From positions 69,440,001-69,504,000 of the forward strand of contig NC_043009.1 in the NCBI RefSeq assembly GCF_006345805.1: 64,000 bases of DNA. The letters run 5' to 3'. The notes beneath the pieces were generated by a model. It was not told the origin of the DNA. It was given only the letters and a program-made list of their open reading frames with translations, and did no database searches. The first letter of the stretch is position 1. Each line of letters starts with the position of its first letter. This DNA is from Octopus sinensis. Its lineage: Eukaryota. A program made the translations under genes and the position numbers. This document shows, one piece after another, positions 12,152 through 24,920 of this stretch.

Positions 12152-13539
12152 CCTATATCTGCCATACTCTTTGGCACTCACTCTCTTTGTATATGTATCA
12201 GCTCTCAAGCATTGCTTTCATTTTGTTTAAAATCTCATCTTATATTCTTTACGTTCCTTATATGACAACTATTACGCACAAATCCTGTTTTTTGACTGGA
12301 TAAAAATAATCACACTTTAAACCTCTGTAACATTTTCCCAATTTTTTTCCCTGGAACAAATGAATCACAAACTCGGATTCAGCGTGAAAAAATACATCAA
12401 AATACACCAAATTTGAAAGTTTTCATTTAATTTAAAATTTTCAAAATCTGTGACAGCAACAGAAAATCTCTCTCTCTCTCTCTCTCTCTCTCCCTCTTTC
12501 TCTTTCATTTTTCGCTTTTCTCTTGCTAAACTTTCCCCCTCTTTAGACATTTTCACCATACTCCCTTTCTCTCTGTGAAAGTATATTTCTCACGGTGTTT
12601 GTATGCGTGTAAGGAATTTCATTAGGGCGACTTAAATGTGATTTTAAAAAGTATGTAAATGATAGTTTATTTTAATAACAAACTTTTCTGTTAGTAAATG
12701 TTTTTTCTAACACACACACACACACACACACACTCACTTGATGCGAGGTGGTAGATTAAAAATTTAAATTACAATTTTTTGTTGTTGTTGCTGACATACC
12801 AAGATTAGGCCACTGCTTCGTCATTCCAGAAAATGGGGAGAAACGATAGAGTGACAGAGAAGCGAATAAGATAGCAGGTGGTCGTGGAGTGTGCAAGAAA
12901 CAACAGCTAGATTTCTCTTAAATCTTTTCGCCTGAAAAGTATTTTGAAATTATAAACAGAAACAAATCGCAGACTCAGACTGTCTGTATTTTAAAACTAT
13001 GATTTAAAATAAATGAGGAGAAAAGCCGAAACTTTAGGATTTAAGGAGGGTCGAGATCAACGACAAAATAAAGAAAAGAAGGATTTCAGTGTTGTTTTTA
13101 AATTACGTTTCATTTTCTGTTTGAAACTAAAGGAAATGGCGATTGTGATGCTGATCGCCATTTTCCAAAATGTTTCTTTTAAAAAACCTTCAAGGCTTCT
13201 ACCATCGTTTTTAGGTGCATAGCACAAAAAAAAAAAAGAAAAATTGCCAAAATCAGTATTGAGTTGGGGAGGAGGATCTGAAGAAATTCATAGTTTTTTC
13301 TTTTTTTTACCGAAAAGGCGCCTCCCATTGTTTATAAGTGCGTAGCGCCAAAAAGAAAAAAGTCTGGAAGTGTGTAGGGGATTCATAAACTTTCAAAAAC
13401 TTGTTTCATAAAAAGCTCCCCACCCACAGATCATTTGTAAGGGTGTGTGGTGGGAAAACAAAATCCCCGTCAGCAGAAGATTCAGCTTATGCGGGTATCG
13501 GCAAAGACGGGATACTCATCTTTGTGTGTGTACGTGCGA

Positions 13540-14130
13540 GAAACACGGGGCCGACCTGCCCGAGATGCGCTCAGAGCGACGAAACCGTCCTGCACGCACT
13601 CGTACAGTGTCCAACCATTTCCGATCTGTGGGCTTGTGTCGAACGACTGCTATCGCGTGTGGAACGAGTCAGTTTATCAACCGAGTCTATCGTGAATATT
13701 GTCGCGCCTCGTTTCTTGAAACGAGAAGGAAGAGCCATTTTCATCGTACTTGTTGCTATGGCGAAAGAATGTGTATGGTGGACTCGTCTGAAAGGTCTAG
13801 AGACAAACACTTTCCTCTCTGGTGAATCTCTCATCAGCTTCTTCAAGTATCACTTGAACAGGAAGGTGAGAGTAGAGAGAGAAGTTTTGTCTAGCGAATG
13901 TTTCAAAAAAAGATGGGTGAATGTAGCAAGGATGGTACGTGTGAATGACAGAGCCACCTTGAGCATGATTCTATGAACCAGAAAAAGGAAGGAAAAAGGA
14001 GAGTCTCTTATTGTAATATGTTTTTAGTATGACATTATTGCCCGAGGTTACCGTGGTCTTCCCCGTATTGACCCCTCGGAGCAGTTTCAAAGCTATTTGC
14101 ATTTCTATTTTCTTCGATTTCCTTCCCATA
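13540..14130 (+). mobile_element. LINE 3' end (L1/Tx1-like ORF2 C-terminal zinc knuckle plus 3' UTR)
   Basis: CPRCAQSDETVLHALVQCP (CX2CX8HX4C) followed by VWWTR and ..FKKRW, then a stop at 13976. Confidence 0.8.
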
Positions 14131-15114
14131 TTTCTAAACAAATATGGCTAAGCGAAACCATGAGGCCGACTTCTCGTTTCTACCAATGTTAGAGGCGAAG
14201 GAAGCTGAAGGCAAAGCCGTTCCACGTGAACACACACGTGCCTTAGAAGGCATGAATGCTTCTGCTACTATAACCGCTGGCTCCACCTCTGTTACCACCA
14301 CTACCGCTATCACCACCACAACAAACACGAATACCGAAAATAAATCTTGCCGCAGCTTTAAAGTTAAAGAAAGCAGTCATGCGCTTTTCCAAAGAAGGAC
14401 TGCTCGCCTGTAAAGCAATGTTAAAAAATGACGACCTCAGCATACAACTACAGACACCACAAAACATCATGGAAAAAATCGAAAAAAGAACAATTATTTA
14501 CAGGACACTCAACCTATGTCAGTCGGTGCTGCCAAAGAAAATTATGAGAATAATATCCGTCATCTTTTACGGCACATCCGATCTGTTCTCTGGAGCTTCA
14601 TCAGGGTCAATGCAAATACGTAAAATAAGAGGAAAGAACAGGGCCTCGGGATAAGGAAAGAAGGCTTAATAAATCAGAATCCTACCATTTTGTAGTGTAA
14701 AGCGTGAAGCCAATGGGCGAATGAAAAAGAACTAGAAAACGAATTGGTGGGTTAATCTTTCTTTAGGGGTACCAGAGTGTATGAATAATAAGAAAATTGA
14801 ACTAATACTCAAGTATAACTGGATTCGCCAATAAGTCTAGAAAAAGAATAGTTCTTATGATTTCGTAAATAATGCTAATTAATATTTATCCAAAAACATA
14901 CCCCAAAAACATACCCCTGTTGTTGTCCGTAATGGAATTGAATAAAGTCCAGGCATCCCTATAATTGGTCAGCTGACTTTTAAACCAAAGGCAAGCTCAG
15001 GCCGTTATAGGGGTAGATGTAAATAAAGAAGTAAATAAAAAAGTAAAAGTGTTGGGGAGTAGCCTATGTTATAAGTGCCCAAGGCCGCTTGTGTCATTAT
15101 AAACCAATCCAACA

Positions 15115-15250
15115 TGAAAACAACCCTAAACAACAAGCAGGTGTATTAGTTTGACGCTCGGGAAAGTGAGAAAGTCCTTTACGTTTCGAGCCTACGCTCT
15201 TCGACAGAAGGGAACACGAGGAAATAAACAAGGAGAGAATAAAAAAAACT
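15115..15250 (-). mobile_element. Short element with hammerhead-like motif (A6U core), family B
   Basis: Minus strand 15211-15176: CCTT-CTGTCGA-A-GAGC-gtag-GCTC-GAA-ACGT-A-AAGG; same family as 22735-23065. Confidence 0.65.
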
Positions 15251-16144
15251 TGTGGATTCAGCGACCAATTTATAGCCACAGTTTTGCACCTAAGTTGCTT
15301 AAATTTTACTGCCTTATGTTTTTCAATTTAGAAGGTAGTAATTTATAGGATTTTAAAATTTTTTTTTCAAAATAATAAATTTGAGATGTCTAAGTTATCA
15401 GACCTATCGCATTCTGTATTGATGTTCTCTAATCATTTGTGTGTTTGTATGAAAACTCTCTTTGTATGGAAACATACTTAACATTTTATCTCCATATGAT
15501 CAGTATATACTTATCTACTAGGATGACTGAACGCTACCATTTAATTTGAGTTACTTGCAACATTAATTTTTCCTGTTTTTAATTTTAAAAATAAGAATCC
15601 TATTGAATTTTTTACTAAATTATCAGCTAAGTAAATTTCAACAGAACTTATAAATATTTGTGCGCGTGAACGCACTTGAATATAGATAATTGTATATACA
15701 TACAGGAAATTGTTTTTCTAATATGTATTTTCTTTGAAACAGAATAGATTTTGTAAATTAAAATCTTCGTTGGGAATGTGTTTGAATATCAATTTTCTTA
15801 TTTGTTTTTTTCATTTTTCCTGTTTCGTTTCACATTTTTGTTATTTTTCAACGAATTCATTAATTTGTTTTTATTCAAAAGAAAAGCTAACTATTGCAAC
15901 GGTTTTTCTTAGACATACGACTTTACTAATTCTCTATCGGATTTTTTGTAAAACGGGGTTTTAAGTCCCTTTATTTATATTACAATTTCAAGAGCATCAA
16001 TGTTTTGGGGGGAAAAAATACTATTCTCTTTGTATTTTTTAAAGTACATTCTTCCTTCTGTTTGTATCTTTCTCACTACATTTTTTGAATTATTGAGTTT
16101 CTTTTCATTTAGCAGCAAACCTGACCTTCACAATTATATTTCTC

Positions 16145-16197
<53 letters not shown>

Positions 16198-16671
16198 CAT
16201 ACATGCACACCTCCGCCTTAACTCTTCCCGATCGAATTTTTCGTGAAGCAGGATATTAAATTGCTGTGTTTATATTCCATTTTCAAGGGGAAACGTAAGG
16301 AGGGGAAAAAATCTAAGATTGTATTTTTTCCTTTTTTTTTTTGCATTTTTCCTGCTCCTTTTTTCCTTTTCCTTATCTTTTTACGAACTAATTTTCTTTT
16401 TATTTAACCGAAGAAATAACAATTACAACCATGTTTCTCTTCGACAAATAAGAACGTGCGATTTCCTCGCTGCTCACCCACAACACCATCCCTAACAATA
16501 AACCTGCTCTGTGCACTCTGTTAACTTTTCTCTGTGTGTGTGCATGTATATATATATATATATATATAATACAAATAAGAAAATGGAGAAAAAAATTTAG
16601 TTTGTTCATCAACTTTCGGATATTAGAATGTTGGATTATTTCTTTCTTTTAATAAAATGAGAACCTCAATA

Positions 16672-16742
<71 letters not shown>

Positions 16743-16834
16743 ATATATATATAATCTTATAATTCTATACATATAAGATATAAGATAGAATACAAATTAT
16801 AAAAGTCATAATATAAATTATTGAAATCCTTAAA

Positions 16835-16976
16835 ATCACTTCTTACAGCTGTTTCAGCCTATGGCTAAAAGTAGATAATTTTATTTTCATTGCTTATAGG
16901 TGTCAACATACTGAGGTTGTAGGCATTTAAAAATAGGGTACTTATATATATAACCATAGGCCTCGTCAGAGGTAAT
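16835..16976 (-). ncRNA. Type I hammerhead ribozyme-like motif with ~90-nt loop 2, in a ~380-bp cassette bounded by (TA)n
   Basis: attac-ct-CTGACGA-ggcctatggtta...tagccataggct-GAA-ACAGCTGT-A^ag-aa-gtgat: intact core, 12-bp stem II, palindromic stem III, bulged stem I. Confidence 0.7.
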
Positions 16977-17133
16977 AAGGAACTTTAAAAATATCAATAT
17001 TAATACATTAAACATGATACACGTATTATTTAATATATATAAAAAAATAAACAAATATCCATATAGCCATATACATATTGGATAAATGCTATCCCATAGT
17101 GGGTTACACCCATAACCCCTATCTTAGTTTGTA

Positions 17134-17168
<35 letters not shown>

Positions 17169-17689
17169 TTCATGTTCGTGTATATATATGTCAGTTCAAA
17201 AATGAACAAACCGCTAACATATAATCCAGCGAAACCTTATTAGGTTCAAGTCACCGGCGACTGAACTAGCAATGCCCCCTGGGAAGAGTGCTGCTAGATC
17301 CAGCAGAAGACATCCAAGCCGTGTTAAAGACCGAAAGAACGCAGCATAGAGTCAACGACCATCTTGGCATCAACGCATGAGTATGTCACATTAACAGGCA
17401 TCCATAGCAAAATATCTGGTAATATTAATGCCAAGGTTGGCTACAGTTGCAAAACGCGGCCTTGATAAAATGAATAGCAATGGTTCTTATGACATTCGTG
17501 ATCTTTGCAGTTTTAAGTTTTAAGTTGGCCTACATATTAAACGGATGGCTACCTACTATGAGCAGTTTCTACTTACTCGGAAAAAATTTACAACAATTAA
17601 CGAGAAGATTCCGAATCGACTTACAAATTCCGAAATCCAGAATATCTAGAACTTTCATGAAGATTTAGAAAATTCATGGAGTTGTGGCT

Positions 17690-18500
17690 GAATATAAAAC
17701 TTACAGGGTACACTGGCCCACAGGGGATTACAATCCCAAAACCTAAATCAGTAAAAGGGCCTGGGTATCGACATGAGTGATAATACCTCTTTCCAGGTGC
17801 ACATTATCAAGATGGTGACAAAGTGCAGACGACTGACTGGATGGATCCTGAGAACGTTCAGAACCAGAAAGAAGGAAACCATGATGGTCCTCTGGAGAAC
17901 ATTCATTCTCAGCCGCCTGAATCATTCCCTCCACCTATGGTCATCTTACAGTGTAAAATTCACAGCGGAACTTGAAGCAATCCAGCGAAGCTTCACAAAG
18001 AAGATCGTCTCTTTGTAACAGCTCAGCTACTGGGAAAGGTTGAAACAGCTAAGACTCTACTCCCTGGAGAGAAGACGGGAGAGGTATGCAGTAATATACA
18101 TCTGGAAGATCCTGGAAGGGATTGTGCTAAATTTTGGCATTGAAAGCTACACAAATGCCAGAACAGGTCGATACTGCACAGTGCCAAAGATCCCAGTAAC
18201 GCCCTCGCGCTTCAGGACCAGTTACTACAACAGCCTGGGTTTCAGGGGCCCACATCTTTTTAACATTCTCCCAAAGAGCCTGAGGCACCTACACAAAGTG
18301 GATATAGGTGTTTTCAAGTCAAAATTGGATCGCTGCCTGTCGAGAGTCCGAGATGAACCTACCTCGCAGCAGGAGGTGCAAATGAGGGTAACAACATCAA
18401 ACTCCCTTATTCACCAAATGTTATATATTAGTGGTATTACAGTGTAGCAAAACGGCGGTGCCGTAGCATGGCCACAGCTTTGAGCTGAAACTAATAGAAA
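17690..18500 (+). mobile_element. CR1-group LINE 3' portion (RT C-terminus plus tail)
   Basis: LGIDMSDN..F..HI, GWILRTF, LEAIQRSFTKKI, YWERLKQLRLYSLERRRERY, FKSKLD; tail ggtgccgtagcatggccacagctttgagctgaaac. Confidence 0.9.
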
Positions 18501-18867
18501 AATGTGTATACTATGTATGTATGTACTGATGTATGTATGTGAATGTATGTGTGTGTACTTTTGAAAATATAAGTATGTATGAATTTATCTCTCTCTGTAT
18601 ATATATATATATACACACACATACACACACGTGTATGTGAGTATCTATATAGGCTGTGCTCTCCACTGCCAGTATATGGAGTATGAGTGTATCCATCTAT
18701 ATACACGTACATTTGAATATTTGGACTTGTACTTATAAGAGTATACCTGCGTACTTGTATGTATATGAATACCTATATTTTTATGAGTGTAGGTACCTTC
18801 TTTTAAATATACGTATGCAGGTTTGTGTATGGTTATATATGTGAGTGTATATATATTTGTATGTATG

Positions 18868-18926
<59 letters not shown>

Positions 18927-19138
18927 GTACGTGTGTGTATTTTTATATATATACTAGACTACCTGTAATCCGTTGGGTCATCATTTTTTCTTTTCCCTGT
19001 TATTTCGCATGCTTTCAACGAACGTGACATCGAAATCATGTATAAACGGCTCCTTTCCCCGGAAAAAGAAAGATTTGGCTGCTATTTCTTGCATGCCCTG
19101 CTATTATGTAACAGGAATTTCGGGTCCTTTATTGCAAA

Positions 19139-19522
19139 CTAGCAGTATCGCCCGGCGTTGCTCGGGTTTGTAAGGGAAATAACTATAAAGCATTTTTAGA
19201 GAGTTATAGCCAAAAAATAGCAAAAAAATGGAAAAAAATGATGGTAAATTTTTTTTGATAGTTAAAAAAGGTGGAGTTGCGTCCCCTACACAGTTTGTGG
19301 TTTGTGTTTCTGATTCTCGACCCCATGTCGAATTTATCGATCTTTTTCAGAACTGGGGGAACTTATCAAAATTTTCGCTGCGTTAGTTTTGAATTATGAC
19401 ATTGGGCTATGGGTGTGTCAAGTTTCATCAGAATCGGTTGAAAGCCGTGGTCAGTGTGAGGGTACAAGCAAACAGACACACAGAAACACGCACAGACAAA
19501 CTGCCGTTTATATAGAGAGAGA
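19139..19522 (-). mobile_element. Non-autonomous Helitron (384 bp)
   Basis: Minus strand begins TCtctctctatataaacggcag and ends cccgagcaacgccggg hairpin + cgatactgCTAG; inserted between A and T with no TSD. Confidence 0.85.
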
Positions 19523-19997
19523 TAGCTGTTACGTGATAGCAGGGCGTGCTAGAAGTAGCAGCCAAATCTTTGGAGCTGAGATACGTTGAATGCACTCGAA
19601 AAAACTTTTGTACTGATATTCCCTTGGGACGATCTTTCGCTTTGACTCTCAGAACTGTCACTTTGACTCTTAGAACTGTCAACAGGATCAGCTGGTTTTT
19701 GTTCGTTAACTTCTGTAAAAAATTTCTATTTATTTACTTTCGTTTTAAAGTGACAGACAGGAGAAAGTGAAAGATGCGTGAACGAGTATATGAAATGGAA
19801 GTGTGTGTTTGTGTATGTGTATGTGTGAGAGAGAAAGAGTACCACTTACACATGCATGAGAACACACACCTTCACTCACTCTTTCTCTCTCTCTCTCTCA
19901 CATGCACACCCACATACAAAAAAGATGTACGTATATGTATTGATGTATGTACGTATACATAATACATCCCTTCACGAACTCTTTCTTTCTCCCTCTC

Positions 19998-20061
<64 letters not shown>

Positions 20062-20683
20062 ACATACATCTTTCACTTTCTCCTCTCTTTTACTTTAAAA
20101 CAAAGTAAATAAAAATTTCTTACGGAAATTAACGACTTGAAAATAATTAAAAAAACATTAGAATATTGTCTGCCTAAAGAAAGCTAAAATATAAATACTG
20201 TACAAACCACTTACATTTTTGAAGTCACATTCAGTTAAAAATATTTCTAAATGATTAAAATATTGTGTGCGACAAAAAGTCGACGGTTTTTTTCTTAGCG
20301 CGAAGACTGTGTGTGTGTGTGTGTGTGTGTATGTCACAGATAGTGGACGTATGTTTGTGTTGACATTCATTATATGTGTATTCTGTATGGGTGTGTTGAC
20401 GTCACGGAAGCGATGTTCTTTTTTTTTTCGTTAAGAAATAACAAACAAAAATTGTGTTTACTCGTTTTCATTAATATATGGAGGCCCAAATGTTACAAAA
20501 ATTTATTCTGCACTGTCGAAGCTAAATGTGAAAATAAATATGCAAAAAAAAAACAAAAAACAAGATGGAATATGCTATTTCTGAAATATTTCGGGTACAG
20601 ACAAACATCCCAAGAGTTTTAGTATTACCAACATGTGTGTGTGACTGTCCATGTATGTATGTATGTATATATAATATAGGTTA

Positions 20684-20726
<43 letters not shown>

Positions 20727-20752
20727 ATATATGGTTAGGGTTATATTGTATA

Positions 20753-20962
20753 TATACACTTTAAAAAATTTATAACTTGCATAACTGGACACCCAGGTAT
20801 AGATTATTTTATAATATATACATATACCCATATATATATATATATATATATAACCCTAACCCATATATATATATATATAAATACATATATCCCTAACCTA
20901 TATATATATATATATATATATCCCTAATCCATATATATACATGGGTTAGGGTTATATGTATG

Positions 20963-20993
<31 letters not shown>

Positions 20994-21089
20994 TAATATA
21001 TATATATATATATGGGTATATGTATGTATTATAAAATAATCTATACCTGGGTGTCCAGTTATGCAAGTTATATTTTTTTTAAATGTATA
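20753..21089. repeat. Inverted duplication (~80-bp arms) around (TA)n containing TTAGGG/CCCTAA seeds
   Basis: ataacttgcataactggacacccaggtatagattattttataa mirrored at 21029-21071; ggttagggtt and taaccctaaccc motifs at 20733, 20851, 20891 and 20943. Confidence 0.8.
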
Positions 21090-21702
21090 TATGTATGTAT
21101 ATGTGCATACCTGCTCTTTTGTCTGTATATAAGTATCTAATGAGCGCATATACGTGTACATATGTGTGTGTGTACATGTATATAAGAAAGTACACGTCTG
21201 TGTATGGGTATATTTATATATGCATGTATGTCTGCGTATTTATTTATATATATATATATGTATTTGTATGTATATATGTGTGTATCTATGTATGTATAAA
21301 CGTGTATGTATATGTGGCTGTATGGGTGTGTATGCGCACAAAGTATATGTATTGGTATGTAGATTACAAAATAATTTGAGTACATATTTTTATATCTGTG
21401 TTGTTAGTCTATTTACGCCTGTTATTATCCATAAAACATCCAACTCTATTAATTGTCTCCCCTACATTACAACACATTTCTCCTGCTCCATTTTTTGGTT
21501 CGTTTTTCCTTTCCTTGAAAATCTACTCAATAATAATATAAACAATTATTTTGACAAACACACACACACAAAACCCCTTTTATACTAATCGCTCTAGATC
21601 GGATTATATAAGTTTATAACGTTAGTAATCCCCTTTAATTCGACCTTATTGCTTGTATAGTATTTATTTCCAAATTTTCTTATAAATATATTAATACTGT
21701 GA

Positions 21703-21937
21703 AAAGGCGGCGAGCTGGCAGAAACGTTAGCACGCGGGGCGAAATGCGTAACCGAAGTTCGTCTGCTGTTACGTTCTGAGTTCAAATTCCGCCGAGGTCG
21801 ACTTTGCCTTTCATCCTTTCGGGGTCGATAAATTAAGTACCAGTTACGCACTGGGGTCGATGTAATCGACTTAATCCGTTTGTCTGTCCTTGTTTGTCCC
21901 CTCTGTGTTTAGCCCCTTGTGGGTAGTAAAGAAATAG
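21703..21937 (+). mobile_element. tRNA-derived SINE, full length, young
   Basis: A-box tggcagaaacgtt, B-box gagttcaaattcc, central gcctttcatcctttcggggtcgataaa; 15-bp TSD atattaatactgtga at 21688-21702 / 21938-21952. Confidence 0.92.
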
Positions 21938-22548
21938 ATATTAATACTGTGACTAGATAATTATTTATGACATATAACACTTATGTGTGTCTATGAATAT
22001 TAGACCTGTTATTTACAATAAATACTTAAATTATACATTTCATAAACCTGAAATCATTCTTTAATACTATAATTAACCACTATTTTTTCTAAAAATATCT
22101 CAAGTCGAAAGGATACTTGACAGTGAATTAAAAACTAAATTTGTATTTGAAAACTCAGATACCTCCTTATTTGGTATTTCTCAACGTACATACAAATACG
22201 GTATGACCAGTAATAAAATTCAGTTCAGGTGTTTTAAATCGACACACATATTGGATTACATAGAGAGAATGTCGGTTTTAAATATTACATATATTAGCAA
22301 TCGCTTAATGTTTTTTCAGTCTTGGTTTAAATAGCTGTGGCTGCAAGAACGAATACAATAATCCTACAATGATAGCTAAGAGAAAATATAGGTACTTCTA
22401 ACGTCTTATTTTAGTTTTTATATCAGATACTCACGAGTACCAATATGACTATTAAGATTTTCTATTTATGAATATCTGAGTCTTTTTGTATGAAACAAAT
22501 TGTATAGCAACATGAAAATAAGAATTATAATTCATTTTAACACCTAAT

Positions 22549-22612
22549 CTCCTCCATTACATAAATGTGAATGAATTTGTCGAACTGTGTTTAATAAGTT
22601 GAATAATATACT

Positions 22613-22670
<58 letters not shown>

Positions 22671-22725
22671 AGTATATTATTAAACACAGTTCGACAAATT
22701 CATTCATATCTATGTAACAGAGGAG
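22549..22725. repeat. Inverted duplication of unique sequence centred on (TA)n
   Basis: tgaatgaatttgtcgaactgtgtttaataa...tatactgttta (TA)n taaacagtatattattaaacacagttcgacaaattcattca. Confidence 0.85.
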
Positions 22726-22734
22726 AGCTACTAA

Positions 22735-23065
22735 ATCTTTTTTTATTCTCTCTGTTTATTTTCTCGTGTTCCTTTGTGTTGAAGAGCGTAGGCTCGAAAC
22801 GTAAAAGAGTTTCACCTCTTCCCGAGCATTAAATTAATACACCTGTTGTTTTCACACCTGTCTTCATCTTTTGTTTTTTTTTTCGTAAATTCCAACTATA
22901 TATATAGAGAGTTTACGAAGAAAACAAAAGACGAAGACAAGTGGTGTACAAAATAAACAGATGTATTAGTATAACACTCAGGAATAGAAAAAAAGCCTTT
23001 TACGTTTCGAGCCTACGCTCTTCTACAGAAAGGGACACAGAAAAATCAAGGAGAGAAAAAAATGT
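22735..23065. mobile_element. Tail-to-tail inverted pair of family-B hammerhead cassettes
   Basis: Plus copy 22772-22807: CTTT-GTGTTGA-A-GAGCgtagGCTC-GAAACGTA-AAAG. Minus copy 23033-22996: CCTTT-CTGTAGA-A-GAGCgtagGCTC-GAAACGTA-AAAGG. Confidence 0.7.
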
Positions 23066-24920
23066 ATGTGAGTGTATATAATCTGACACTGAAATTAGTT
23101 CAAAGGAGCATACAATTGTGCGTTGTGTGTCACTAGAGCAGCAGCCATAACAACATCTACAGTAGAATAAGTTTGACAAAAATTCTTGGTAATTATTTTT
23201 TCAAATCATACTTTACCATATTAAAAATAAAGATAACATCTTGGTTGGTGTAGTCGAACCAAAAAAGATGGTTGGAACATTCTTGCTCACGCTTGATTAC
23301 GGCTGTTTTACGGTTATGCGACAATAATTTGTGGTAGTAAGAAGCATCATTTAACCAAATATGTTTCTGTTGTATTCAAAATACTAAGAATTCTCGTACA
23401 TCGTATCTAAAACAAGGACATTATGTCCCCTTGTTTTTACGTTTCTTTTTTTGGGAGATGGATGCGATCACTATCGATTTTACGATTCTTTTTGTTCCGT
23501 CTGTAGATTACCTGCAGAGATTTACTTGCCATTAGTCTTTGTATCCTAACTGAGGAAACCCTGGTAAATACAGCTCATAGTAGGGTAGTTACATTCAGAA
23601 ATATGCTAATCGTACTCACGAAAAAGAAAAAAGACAAACTTCTAAAAATGTCTACAATAACAATGTCAGGTAACATGGAACGACAGCATCTTACACAACA
23701 ATAAAATACTGTTCCTCATTTGTATTCGCCTGTGAACACTTTTGCTAATGTTCTAAATATTCTCCAGTCATACAAATAACAAAAGAGGGGCAAATATTTC
23801 GACACCATTTTGGAAATATCAAATGGTTTATTTAAAAACATTCAATAACGAACCAAAATTAAAACACCATTTTACTTACAGTATTTTATTCTTTCCATAT
23901 ATAAATTTCTTTGTAGTGATAGTTACATTTTTTTTTTAATTGTTATTCCACCCCATTTAAATTTAATGCATGCAAATAGTTCCCGGCTAAATTTTTCCAC
24001 TTGGGCGACTCTGGCATGCAAGTACCAAAGCAGAAATCTCCATTGCTTTCCGATATCAACATCAATTGGTTCCTAATGTTCTAGAAATGCATGACTTCCA
24101 TTTTGGTTTTTTGGAGGTAATATTCTTCTTTTAATTTCAATTTGTAAAGATGTTTGTGCATAGATCAACATTTGTCACTGCTTTCAGCAATTTTCTCCCA
24201 ATAATAGATCTATGTAAATGAAGGCGATGATTCTCAGTTGAGAATTTTCGAATTCTTTGATGCAGAAATTACCGAAATCCCGGAGAAGAAAAGAAAGGAC
24301 AAAAAAAAAAGAAGAAAAAGACGAAGGAACCAATTCAAAAGTTATGGTCGAATAATTCCTATTCAAGCAGAAACATCATAGTTTTAAGTCAGTTTTTCTG
24401 GTTAGAATCTATAAATAAAATTACCGAGAAGTATTAGTCTGCTAAAAGAGGTTGTGCAAAGAAGGGGAGAATCTCAAAAAGCCAACATATTTTTTCAAAA
24501 CATTAAATACAAATCAGAAAACACAAAACGAAGACAATATAAATGTCTAATTGTATTTTATTTTAATTTGTAATTTTATTTATTGATTTAATTATCACCA
24601 ATCTCTGTTTTGTCTGCAACGGAAATACCAATACAATTTTATGTTTAAAGACAAAACAAGCTTTTGTTTTATTCATTAACCGAGCAGATTCATTATTGTT
24701 TCGCCAACATTATGTTTCATTAACTAGTGGCGAGTGTTATTGTTCTTCTCACTGAAAATAAACTTTATAACATACAGCAAAGATGCGCTTTATGGTTGCT
24801 ATAGTTGAGAGTTAATATGTAGCGTGATCTCAAGACTACACGACTCAGCCGAACACACAGTCTAATTAAATACTACTATCTCTACAAAGCTCTAGTACGA
24901 TCCACAATGAAGTTAATACT

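Noticed and set aside
14144-14560. Possible LINE ORF1 start or host exon
   Set aside because: Frameshifted, with no diagnostic motif or clear splice sites; cannot be supported
17228-17272. Type II hammerhead-like arrangement (GAAACCT-tatt-AGGTT, AGTC/GACT)
   Set aside because: The CUGANGA box is absent (CUGAACU)
21703-21800. tRNA genes suggested by A/B boxes (several loci)
   Set aside because: No full cloverleaf; they continue into SINE bodies, several with TSDs
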